A stretch of 64,000 nt of DNA from a virus, in the IMG/VR virus record IMGVR_UViG_2850695442_000001. One strand, given 5' to 3'. Positions 1 through 8,819 of the stretch are shown here, in pieces. The position numbers were made by a program, and so were the translations under genes. The notes under the pieces were generated by a model that saw only the letters and a program-made list of their open reading frames with translations, had not been told where the DNA came from and did not search any database. How positions within the stretch are numbered: the stretch's first letter is position 1; the number at the start of each line of letters is the position of its first letter.

Positions 1-866
1 TTATCTAATTTTAATACCCTATATTTCATTCTTTTATCTCCCCTAGCAAAAAATTCTATTAACTGTTCATCTGTTTCATGAAATTGAAAATAGTTATCCC
101 GATGAACAATTTCTAAATTATCTGAGCCACAGATGCTACAAAATTTTAGTTCACTCCCTAAATTGATTTCAAAACTTTTGCAGTCTCTACAAAAATGATA
201 GATGTTATCATCAATAGAATAAAGTAATCCAGAGTATCGGGAAGCATTCCTAGCTCCCATGTCAAAATAATTCTTTCGCAAATTGATTTTGATTTTATTA
301 TCAAAATAATCTTTAAAAGTTTCAGTCACTTGAAGCCAAGGATACTTTTGTCTTGTATGAAGTGTATTTTGTGCAACAAGAGCAGAAACATCAAAAACTT
401 TTTCTATAAATTCCTTTGACCAGTCGCCACTCGTCGCACAAGTTGGACAGAGTAATTCACTTGCAAAAGTGTCTGCCTCCCCTTCGAGTATAGAATTAAC
501 CCTTCCAAAGCCATTTCGGGGGAGAAGTCCACTATAATTTACAAAGTGTCCTAAAAGAATATGCCCCAATTCGTGAGCTAAAGAAAAGCGTATCCTTTGC
601 GGAATTTTCTGAATGGTATTGTCATTATAAAAAATAATGTAAGCATTAGTCCCTGTTTTACAGCTGAAAGCTTCATCTGAAATTTGTTCTGCTTTTTTCC
701 CTAATTTTGGAGCGATATCAGTATTAAACTTTTCATAGGTGTCCAGATGAATATTTGGAAAATTAGAAAGCAGTTGTAAGATATTAATCGGAAATGTAAT
801 GTCGCATTTTTCAACTAATATTTTCTGAGTAGTGTAGTTAATCCTAGAATAATTATATTTTCCCAT
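1..866 (-). CDS. ImmA/IrrE-family metallopeptidase with C-terminal zinc-ribbon motifs (runs off the left edge)
   Basis: Manual translation from ATG at 866: MGKYNYSRIN...RIRFSLAHELGHILLGH (HExxH)...EGEADTFASELL, then CRDC and CSIC. No stop before base 1, which is why it is absent from the ORF track. Confidence 0.85.
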   Translation of the reverse strand, partial: MGKYNYSRINYTTQKILVEKCDITFPINILQLLSNFPNIHLDTYEKFNTDIAPKLGKKAEQISDEAFSCKTGTNAYIIFYNDNTIQKIPQRIRFSLAHELGHILLGHFVNYSGLLPRNGFGRVNSILEGEADTFASELLCPTCATSGDWSKEFIEKVFDVSALVAQNTLHTRQKYPWLQVTETFKDYFDNKIKINLRKNYFDMGARNASRYSGLLYSIDDNIYHFCRDCKSFEINLGSELKFCSICGSDNLEIVHRDNYFQFHETDEQLIEFFARGDKRMKYRVLKLD

Positions 867-878
867 TTCATTGTTTTA

Positions 879-1208
879 CTACTTATCATAGCCGTTATCT
901 TTTGCGAATTTAGCAATAAGAGCCCCTAGCATATCTATTTCCTCATCTGAAAGTTCTGTATCCATTTTTCGGGCAAGAATTTGTACTTTAGGTTTTTGCA
1001 ACATTTCCTTAGGAGCATCTGCTCTACCTAGGAGATAATCAACGGTCACATTAAAATAATCAGCAACTTTTGCTAAATCTTCTCCTTTGGGTTTTGCAGT
1101 TTTCCATTTATAGATATTATTCTCGCTAAATCCTAATCTAATTGCTAAATCTTTTAGACTAATTCCTTGTCCATCAGCTAAAGATTTAATTCGTTCAAAT
1201 GTAGTCAT
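879..1208 (-). CDS. XRE-family HTH transcriptional repressor (ImmR/CI-like)
   Basis: MTTFERIKSLA...GISLKDLAIRLGFSENNIYKWK...LAKVADYFNVTVDYLLGR is a classic XRE HTH. It lies directly upstream of the IrrE-type peptidase. Confidence 0.9.
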   Translation of the reverse strand: MTTFERIKSLADGQGISLKDLAIRLGFSENNIYKWKTAKPKGEDLAKVADYFNVTVDYLLGRADAPKEMLQKPKVQILARKMDTELSDEEIDMLGALIAKFAKDNGYDK

Positions 1209-1248
1209 AATATTCCTTTCGCAAAATATCCAAAAAGATACTTTATTG

Positions 1249-1277
1249 TTGACTTATTTCTCGAAAAAGATTATAAT
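1249..1277 (+). promoter_or_regulatory. sigma70-type promoter for the rightward operon
   Basis: TTGACT (1249-1254), 17-bp spacer, TATAAT (1272-1277). Confidence 0.65.
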
Positions 1278-1484
1278 GAACCTTGTAAGAAATAAAAAAA
1301 TAAATAAAAAATCACCTAATAATTACATTAAACATTGCCCCAAGCTAGTTTGTAGAGTATTTAAGAGGATTTTTATTGTGTTTTAATATTATCATTTTCG
1401 ATAATATTTGTCAAGGGTTATTATATAAAGAAATAAATACTGTTGTCAAGAGTGATTATTTCAGAAAAAGCAGGAAGGATATAC

Positions 1485-1823
1485 ATGGAAATTAAAATTA
1501 ATGAGGAGTCGTATTTTACGGTAGAAGAAGTAATGAAAAAAACGGGACTATCAGAAAATTCACTTAAAAGTTATAAAAGTTCACGATTTCCCGAAATCAA
1601 AGAGATGGTAGTAAAAATTGGGGGAAAAACTTTATATTCCAAGAAAGCTATTGATTTTTTAAACAATCGTAAAACTGAAATGGGGTTTACTGAAGCTATT
1701 GAACTTGCTGGAATTGAATTCCCATCCAAGAAAGAAGCTGCCGCATACTTTGGCTTTCCGCCAGAAGACCTATCACGATATTTGCGCGTGAAAAAAGCAA
1801 TCGAAGCAGTAGAAAAAAATTAA
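1485..1823 (+). CDS. small HTH DNA-binding protein, possibly the partition adaptor or regulator
   Basis: RBS AGGAAGG before ATG 1485. N-terminal FTVEEVMKKTGLSENSLKSY and C-terminal FPSKKEAAAYFG are HTH-like. Immediately upstream of the actin gene. Confidence 0.55.
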   Translation: MEIKINEESYFTVEEVMKKTGLSENSLKSYKSSRFPEIKEMVVKIGGKTLYSKKAIDFLNNRKTEMGFTEAIELAGIEFPSKKEAAAYFGFPPEDLSRYLRVKKAIEAVEKN

Positions 1824-1913
1824 TTGATTTTTGTAAAAATTATCAAGGATTTTTTGAAACAAAAATATACTCATATTGTGAAGCGAAAAAGATTCACAAG
1901 AAAAGGAGAAAAA

Positions 1914-3068
1914 ATGGCAATCACAGTTAAGAAGACACTCATTTCCATTGACTTGGGAAATAAACAAGTAAAGTTAGAATCACGCGCAACAGGTGTTAAA
2001 GTTGCACCAAGTGTACTGTTAGATACGCGGTATGCACCAGATTTTTATCTTGGAGGGAAACCTGAAAATACACCGTCTATTTATCGTTTACGCCTCGATA
2101 AAGAAGAAAAATCTTTCCATTTTGGGGAGACGATAAACAGCTGGGGGAAAGCTTATGCAGGTCATTGGGAGACTTCCATTGGTTTTGGAATGAAACGCTA
2201 TACCAAACAGATTTTTAAAGAGCTTTTCCTATTTTCTGTCGCACGCGTAGTCAAGGAGATGAATACCAATCATCCTGTTCTTGATATTGTCACAGGATTA
2301 CCAACAGGCGATTATAAAGACCCAAAGGTCATAGATTATATTCGGAAAATAGCGAAAGGCTTCCACACTATCTATGTGGATGATAAGCCAGTTAATTTCG
2401 ATATCGCTTCCATTACGTTTTATCCTCAGTATCTTGGTTCTATTGCAAATAATTGTTTCCAATGGAACGGAGAAAAGTATCATCATTTGACTCAAAATCT
2501 TTCTAAGTTTTCAGGCATCCGGTATGGCTTCATGGATATTGGCGGTGGAACAATTTTGAGCGATGTTGTAGAAGGACTAAATTTTAACCTTTCAGAAACT
2601 AAAACAACAAGTCGCAATGGTGTTCATCGCCTGTTGGGACAAGTCGCTAAAGAGGCGAGTATTTCTCAAGTAGAAGCTGAACTTGCTTTATGGCATACGA
2701 ACGAGCAAGGACGTTATATTATAGGCGAGAAAACAGCAGCCCCAAAAGATATTACAGATATTGTATTGAGAGCTAAAAAAGCTTATACAGAAGTTGTCTT
2801 GCATGAAATTGAAACTCAATTTTTCCAAATTGATTTAGATGACCGACTTTCATCTGTTCGTTTGAATAAAATTTTTATCACGGGTGGAGGTGCATATCTT
2901 ATTGATGTGGACCAGCTGATTGAAGGAATTGAGAACAGCTACAATATTCCCGAAGAATTTACAGCATCTGGAGATTTCATTGAACTGCTCAATAATTCAA
3001 CAACTGCTAATGTTGAAGGTTATTTCAAATTAGGGGTGGCAGCTCACTTGGGTGAATTTGTGGAATAA
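1914..3068 (+). CDS. parM: ParM/StbA/Alp-type actin-like plasmid segregation ATPase
   Basis: Actin-fold motifs ISIDLGNKQVK (phosphate 1), MDIGGGT (phosphate 2) and ITGGGA (adenosine). RBS AAGGAG before ATG 1914. Confidence 0.85.
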   Translation: MAITVKKTLISIDLGNKQVKLESRATGVKVAPSVLLDTRYAPDFYLGGKPENTPSIYRLRLDKEEKSFHFGETINSWGKAYAGHWETSIGFGMKRYTKQIFKELFLFSVARVVKEMNTNHPVLDIVTGLPTGDYKDPKVIDYIRKIAKGFHTIYVDDKPVNFDIASITFYPQYLGSIANNCFQWNGEKYHHLTQNLSKFSGIRYGFMDIGGGTILSDVVEGLNFNLSETKTTSRNGVHRLLGQVAKEASISQVEAELALWHTNEQGRYIIGEKTAAPKDITDIVLRAKKAYTEVVLHEIETQFFQIDLDDRLSSVRLNKIFITGGGAYLIDVDQLIEGIENSYNIPEEFTASGDFIELLNNSTTANVEGYFKLGVAAHLGEFVE

Positions 3069-3086
3069 AACTTAAAAAGGAGAAAG

Positions 3087-3938
3087 ATGATGCTTGAAAA
3101 AGAAGTACAACCTGTTTTGGGTATCTATTTATCAGAAGTTAAATATTCTTACGATGACTACCAAGAAGCTTGTTGGAACATGAAACTTCTTAGTTATTAT
3201 CCAGTTAATTTACCTTGGTTGAAATTCTGGGGGAAAATAAACGAAGCGCTGTTTCGTTATTTTTACGAGGACACGGATGAGGGGGAATTGGAACAACTAT
3301 TAAACAGTCATCAAACAGAATTTGAACGCCTGGTGATAGTGGATGATTTGGTTCTTGAACGACTTGTGATTGGTTTTAAAATTTTAAATTCTCTAGCAAG
3401 TCCTACACTTGTGCATGCTCGTATCTCTTTCAATAGAATTGCAGCAGAAGTGGGAATTTCCCTTGACGATTTAGAAATCTTTATTCCTGAGATGTACAGT
3501 TATTACGACTGGGAAGATATTGATAGCGAACCTGAAAATTATGATGTCACAGACCTCTTTGCATCTATTGATACAATAGATAAATTTAACAATCAATCCC
3601 AAAATCAAAGAGAACTCGCACGCTTTTCTAAAGCATTGGATAAGACGGGACATAAAGTTATTAGTTATCGTTTCCGCGATTTTCAAGAAAGTGAAGGGAA
3701 ACTTTTTACAAGACTATTTGTGTATTTGTTAAATGTTATCGCACAGCGCAAGCGTACAAAACTACGCAAGTATCTGTTGGAATATAGTAATCACAGTGAT
3801 TATGTGCAGAACTCGTTCGGTTTGCGAAAACAAACCGATAAAAAAGGACGCTGCTATCTGCATGATGATTTGATTGGGCAAGACTTTGAGATTGATGAAA
3901 TTCTAAAACTTTACCATTTAGATGTATCAAAGTCATGA
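3087..3938 (+). CDS. hypothetical protein
   Basis: 283-aa ORF with RBS AAGGAG, in an operon with parM. Confidence 0.7.
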   Translation: MMLEKEVQPVLGIYLSEVKYSYDDYQEACWNMKLLSYYPVNLPWLKFWGKINEALFRYFYEDTDEGELEQLLNSHQTEFERLVIVDDLVLERLVIGFKILNSLASPTLVHARISFNRIAAEVGISLDDLEIFIPEMYSYYDWEDIDSEPENYDVTDLFASIDTIDKFNNQSQNQRELARFSKALDKTGHKVISYRFRDFQESEGKLFTRLFVYLLNVIAQRKRTKLRKYLLEYSNHSDYVQNSFGLRKQTDKKGRCYLHDDLIGQDFEIDEILKLYHLDVSKS

Positions 3939-3953
3939 TGGAAAGGAATTCCT

Positions 3954-4217
3954 ATGGTTATGAGTGACCCAAAGTATAAAGATTTGCTTTGCCCCTATTG
4001 TGGTACTTCTAATCGTTTTCCGACGGCTTGGGCAGAAGACCAACGTTGTATTCATTGCGATAAGTGGATGGTGCATAAAGACAAAAATATCATGGAAGAA
4101 GAACTTCGGGTATTGAAAGAACATTATCAAAAAGAAAAGAATGCTATTTATGAAAGGTACCGTGGAAATTATTATGAACCACATCTTAAGGTCATTGAAG
4201 AAGGCAAGAAAGTATGA
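3954..4217 (+). CDS. small zinc-ribbon protein
   Basis: CPYC...CIHC pairs; RBS present. Confidence 0.6.
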   Translation: MVMSDPKYKDLLCPYCGTSNRFPTAWAEDQRCIHCDKWMVHKDKNIMEEELRVLKEHYQKEKNAIYERYRGNYYEPHLKVIEEGKKV

Positions 4218-4456
4218 GTAGGATTGACAGAACGACCGCTGATTATATTTTTAGCGAATTATCGGCAAAGCATAAAATTTCAATAGAAAATGTGAAACAG
4301 CGATTTGTAACAGGAGAAGGCTTTGAACCTATACAAGGATTGTGGCGCAGAGATATGAGCATGGGATATCAAGACAAACGTGGACGCTTGCACGTTCGTC
4401 CGGTCACTCTTAAAGAATGGCAAGAAGATTGGAAATGTATGAAGGAACAAGAATAA
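4214..4456 (+). CDS. hypothetical protein
   Basis: ATGA overlap with the previous ORF (translational coupling). Confidence 0.6.
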   Translation: MSRIDRTTADYIFSELSAKHKISIENVKQRFVTGEGFEPIQGLWRRDMSMGYQDKRGRLHVRPVTLKEWQEDWKCMKEQE

Positions 4457-4572
4457 TATGATACTATTTATTATTTTGCTCATTGTCCTTATTATAGGAA
4501 CAATAATCAGTCATGGTCTTGTACGTGGTGCAGACCCTCGACAATAAAATAATTCACCGAAGGAGAGAAATC

Positions 4573-4839
4573 ATGAAACAATATAAGATTGATAAAATTT
4601 TAAACCACTTAAAAGAACAGAAAACTATTACAAGTTTAGAAGCTTTCCAGCTCTACAACATTACACGTTTATCTGCCATTATCTATGTTTTACGGCACAC
4701 TCACCATCTTTATATTACCAATGATGATTTTAAAGCCAAGGACGGCACACATTTTGCTCGTTATCATTTGCATGAGGGAGAAAGTGCTCCAGATGTTACG
4801 GTCGCAAAGGGACAAATGTCTATTAAAGATTTTATGTAG
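4573..4839 (+). CDS. phage-type winged HTH protein
   Basis: ILNHLKEQKTITSLEAFQLYNITRLSAIIYVLR pattern; RBS AAGGAG before ATG 4573. Confidence 0.6.
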   Translation: MKQYKIDKILNHLKEQKTITSLEAFQLYNITRLSAIIYVLRHTHHLYITNDDFKAKDGTHFARYHLHEGESAPDVTVAKGQMSIKDFM

Positions 4840-4944
4840 CTTTTGCTCGTTGTAAATCAAATTATTTTGTAAGAATATGAGAAATGTGCATCCAGGGTAT
4901 TGAACAATCAATACTCTGTGTTTGCCATTAGGTAGAGGAATTGT

Positions 4945-6000
4945 ATGTCAAATAAATATAAAGCAGCATATAGAGCAACTGATGAAGGAGCAAGAGGAAC
5001 GTGGGGGCTAGTTGAGAAGGAAGTAGGGATTGCTTATGAAAATATGTATGGTATCCAGAAGTCCGACGGTAACGGCTGGTTAGGATGGCTTAAAAGTGGT
5101 AATGGTTTTACTTCGGAAGAAGAATTTAGAGTGAAGGAAGAGTACACTCTTAGATATTATGATTATAGCGAGATGGGGACTCTAAGGACAGAACAAGGGA
5201 GTGGAGTATTTTTATTTGATGCTCAGGAGAAGGCGGGGGCTTTCATTGTTGAAGTGGTTGAGCAAATGTTTATGGATGCTAATTCATTAAAAGTTGAACA
5301 GATTGAAACCTCACCAACTTTGTTTATGAAACGATTATTTGATGATTATCATGATATTTTAAGTCAAGCACATGATAAATTTTTGGCAGAAGCTATTCGC
5401 TACGAGAACAATCAGCCTACTTCTCTTGAAGCACTGTGTGTGAAGAAGCGATATATTAAAATATTGCCTAAATTTCGATTCATACTCTGTAATTTGCTTG
5501 TGACGTGCTTCATTCTTGGTGGGATTTTCGCTAAAACTCAAATTATCTTTGTTTCTATAATGATACCTATAAGTATAATTTTGTTGGTCTTGCAGGTATT
5601 GGAGGATAGGGAAGGCATTGCTGATGGATATTCTCGTTTTTTGAAGCATACTACAAAAAATTATAGAGATTTTCTTTCTATCTTTGAAAAGTATCCTAAC
5701 CTTAGTGTGAAAGGTTTAGAGTATTTTGGCTATCAAGACCCAGTAACATACAAATTATTTAATGCTGTGATGACATTTGCCTTTAATAGTTTTACATTAG
5801 CGGACACACAAGGAGATAAGAAAGCCTTGGAACGCATTCTCCGACCAATTGTAGCTGATTTATTTAGACAGGTACAACTCAATTATAGAGAGCATTTAGA
5901 GATTGAACAAGCTGCCGCCAATGCACAAAAGCGGCAATTACAACAACAAATTGATTCTGATTTACACGCGTATGAGCATCGAATATTTAAAGAATTATGA
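4945..6000 (+). CDS. hypothetical membrane protein
   Basis: 351-aa ORF with two adjacent hydrophobic segments (FILCNLLVTCFILGGIF; IIFVSIMIPISIILLVL). Confidence 0.7.
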   Translation: MSNKYKAAYRATDEGARGTWGLVEKEVGIAYENMYGIQKSDGNGWLGWLKSGNGFTSEEEFRVKEEYTLRYYDYSEMGTLRTEQGSGVFLFDAQEKAGAFIVEVVEQMFMDANSLKVEQIETSPTLFMKRLFDDYHDILSQAHDKFLAEAIRYENNQPTSLEALCVKKRYIKILPKFRFILCNLLVTCFILGGIFAKTQIIFVSIMIPISIILLVLQVLEDREGIADGYSRFLKHTTKNYRDFLSIFEKYPNLSVKGLEYFGYQDPVTYKLFNAVMTFAFNSFTLADTQGDKKALERILRPIVADLFRQVQLNYREHLEIEQAAANAQKRQLQQQIDSDLHAYEHRIFKEL

Positions 6001-6114
6001 GGGGATATACCTCAATAAATATTAGATATTTTATCGTCTATGAGCAACACATGGTGTTTAGGGTGGTTAGATTCTGCCTTGTTGCTATAAATAATAAAAA
6101 AGGAAAGTTCTATT

Positions 6115-7548
6115 ATGTCAGTAGAAAAGAGACACTCAGCGAGTGCAGTTTTACGCAATCAAGAACATTTTTTTCAATTGGATGAACGATTGCTTTTGGT
6201 ATTTTCACCAGAGCAGTATATGTTCATCAATCGTCTTGATTTTTGGATTCAACAGAAATTGCAAGCACAACTAGCTAACGGTGAACCTGTTCGTGGTTGG
6301 GTTAACACAGAAAATAGAATGTATATTTTTAAGACATTAAAGCCTAGCCAACATCAAACGATTCCTTCATGGTTAGAAGAATTCTACCATTTTTCAGAAT
6401 CCAGTTTTAATCGTGTAGTAAAGTCGTTAGTTAGTGCGGGAATTGTACTCAAGCACAATGATAAGAACAAGCTTGCTAGAGATAAAACACTTTGGTATTC
6501 ACTTGATTATGAAGCATTGGACCGGTATTATTCCGAAAAATTTATAGAAAGATGGCAAGAAGTGATTGTCACACGCGTGACTTGGGAATTAAAAAAGTGG
6601 CTTGACTTTCAGCCAAATGTAGAAAATTCATCTCTTACGAATGTTCAATTAAGAAAGAAACTCTTTGACTCCAACGCAAAGGTCATAGCAAAACAACGAG
6701 CAGAAGAACTCGTTTTAGAGTTTAGTGATTTCAATGAACAAGTGATAAAAGATGAAGTCACAGAGGCAGTGAATAAAATTTTAACCCAATTAGAGCAGGA
6801 ATTTCTTGGTGTTGTTCCATGCTGTCAAAATGACAACATGAGTGATACCAACGGTTCAGATGGTGAAAACGAGAAAATTAACGAAAAAAAAGCTGGGAAG
6901 CCGCATGAACAGTCATGCTGTCAAAATGATAGCATGGAAGCTGTCAAAATGGCAGCAGCATTAACCATATATAACCAACCAGGTATAACAAAGAATTACG
7001 ATACTAATCGATACGTAAATCTTGACGATTTACCGAATAACTTCATTCAAGGAGTGAATCATCTTTTTCTTACGCCTAAAACCGTTGGACAACTCTCACA
7101 TTTTGGTGAAGAAGCCAAAGCATTACAAGATATCATTTTTAGAGCCAAACTAAAAGTTGAAAAAGAATACCACGAGCAGTTAAAGCTCAGATTTCCTGAT
7201 AGAGAAAAATCACGGATTGAGGGAGAATTTTGGCAAGATGATTTAGAGAATGAAGTTCAAAAGTTAATATTTGTGATTAAAGAGAGCAGACGCAAGGAGA
7301 AACCAATTCAAAATATTGAGGCTTTCTTTACGGCGATGATGGAAAATTTTTGGCTTGCGGCGCTGGTTATTGATTTAAACTGTTCTTACAGCTGGAAAGA
7401 AAATGCAAAATATCAAGCTGAGGAAGAGGGGAAGAATTTTCTCCACGCTTATTTTAGCAAATTTGATAAGGCGGAACTTAAAGAAGAATTGTCAAACTTT
7501 AGTAAGGAAGATGCTCAAAGGCTGAGCACGAATGAAATTTGGATTTGA
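6115..7548 (+). CDS. putative phage-type replication initiator (N-terminal wHTH)
   Basis: N-terminal FINRLDFWIQ...SFNRVVKSLVSAGIV...DKTLWYSLDYEAL resembles lambda-O/replisome-organiser-type initiators. The gene carries internal palindromic repeats. Confidence 0.6.
   Translation: MSVEKRHSASAVLRNQEHFFQLDERLLLVFSPEQYMFINRLDFWIQQKLQAQLANGEPVRGWVNTENRMYIFKTLKPSQHQTIPSWLEEFYHFSESSFNRVVKSLVSAGIVLKHNDKNKLARDKTLWYSLDYEALDRYYSEKFIERWQEVIVTRVTWELKKWLDFQPNVENSSLTNVQLRKKLFDSNAKVIAKQRAEELVLEFSDFNEQVIKDEVTEAVNKILTQLEQEFLGVVPCCQNDNMSDTNGSDGENEKINEKKAGKPHEQSCCQNDSMEAVKMAAALTIYNQPGITKNYDTNRYVNLDDLPNNFIQGVNHLFLTPKTVGQLSHFGEEAKALQDIIFRAKLKVEKEYHEQLKLRFPDREKSRIEGEFWQDDLENEVQKLIFVIKESRRKEKPIQNIEAFFTAMMENFWLAALVIDLNCSYSWKENAKYQAEEEGKNFLHAYFSKFDKAELKEELSNFSKEDAQRLSTNEIWI
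6818..6956. repeat. three palindromic iteron-like repeats inside the rep gene (candidate origin)
   Basis: CATGCTGTCA-AAA-TGACAACATG (6818-6840), CATGCTGTCA-AAA-TGATAGCATG (6914-6936) and GCTGTCA-AAA-TGGCAGC (6940-6956), with an A-rich tract between copies 1 and 2. Confidence 0.65.
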
Positions 7549-7693
7549 ATAGCATACAAAATTATTTGCCCGACAGATTTTTTTCCGTGAGATAATAAGA
7601 GAGTAAAAGGTTGTTGCCTTTCCTAGCTCAAAAGGCGTGCGAGTAGGATAAGTTAATTAGGACTGACGAAAGCGCAAAAAAGAGTATTTATAT

Positions 7694-8338
7694 TTGATTA
7701 TTAAAGGTGGGGAAATGTATAAAGGAAAACAAAAAATAGAGCTCAAAACGTTGAATGAGCATTTAAACTATATCGTTGTTGGCGGCATTATTGGGCTGCT
7801 TATTTTATTAGGGATTAGTGCTGTATTTACTTTTTTGAGTATAGCGGCCTATGCGGCAAGTGTTGACCATAGTATGTCTGTCGTTGATTATCTCTATAAT
7901 TCTAATTATAATCATACCGTTCTCAAATTTATCCTATTCGTCACAGGAGGTCTGGGAATTATTTTATTAGTTGTGACGGTTATTGCTAGTTTTATTTTAC
8001 TTATGAGAGGAAAGCAATGGCTTGGAGGGACAATTCTAGGAATAATTACTGTTTCTACATTGTTTTTGTTCTTTGTTCCTGTCAGTCAAACTCAAAAAGT
8101 TTACTCCGTTAAAGGGATTCTAAAAAATGACGTATTTATTGATGGGCGAAATGACTTTACTACCCCTAGTTATAAAAGCGTGGAAGAAGCGAAGCAAAAA
8201 TTTTTTGATGAGGTTTGGTTTAGTAGCCCTCAAGAGGTTACTTTTACAACGATTGTCAGTACCAGAAAGGTTTATCAACCTTTAGTCAAGATTGAATTCC
8301 CTCAGAAACCTGCCAGTTACAATGCGGATAATGAGTAA
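7694..8338 (+). CDS. hypothetical membrane protein
   Basis: Three hydrophobic segments in the N-terminal two thirds. Confidence 0.65.
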   Translation: MIIKGGEMYKGKQKIELKTLNEHLNYIVVGGIIGLLILLGISAVFTFLSIAAYAASVDHSMSVVDYLYNSNYNHTVLKFILFVTGGLGIILLVVTVIASFILLMRGKQWLGGTILGIITVSTLFLFFVPVSQTQKVYSVKGILKNDVFIDGRNDFTTPSYKSVEEAKQKFFDEVWFSSPQEVTFTTIVSTRKVYQPLVKIEFPQKPASYNADNE

Positions 8339-8501
8339 AGCATCTGATAAAGCCTTTCTTTTTGTCAGTGCAATAGAGTTTTGTGGAGATAGATATATAT
8401 GTACCAAAGAATTGAGCACCAAAACCTCTTTGCTAAAGCATGATGCTACGGAATTGAGGAAAAATCATAAAAAATAATATTTTGGAGGAGAAAATAGATG
8501 A

Positions 8502-8807
8502 TTGAAGTTAAACGATGTACCAATGATAAATCTAAAGAAGCGTTTGAGATGTACGCTAAAGTTATTAATGAGTTTAAGCCAACACCAGTGCGTTACCGTG
8601 GAGATTGGCTTGATATTGAGAAGAATTACGACATTGATAATAGGGACTGATTCTTACTATCCAAGCGGTCTTAAATTTTATGATAAGAATGGTTATCAAT
8701 CACTCAAAGAAAGTGAAATTCATGAAAATCTTGATATATTTAACGCTTATCAAGATTATAAAGATGTAGATGATATATGGTTAATAAAAAAATTGACTAT
8801 TAAATGA
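8502..8807 (+). CDS. hypothetical protein
   Basis: RBS GGAGG upstream; co-oriented with neighbours. Confidence 0.5.
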   Translation: MKLNDVPMINLKKRLRCTLKLLMSLSQHQCVTVEIGLILRRITTLIIGTDSYYPSGLKFYDKNGYQSLKESEIHENLDIFNAYQDYKDVDDIWLIKKLTIK

Positions 8808-8819
8808 ATCGAGGGTTAC

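Noticed and set aside
7663-7680. CTGACGA-AAGC hammerhead-like fragment
   Set aside because: No stem II and no downstream GAAA or cleavage triplet arrangement.
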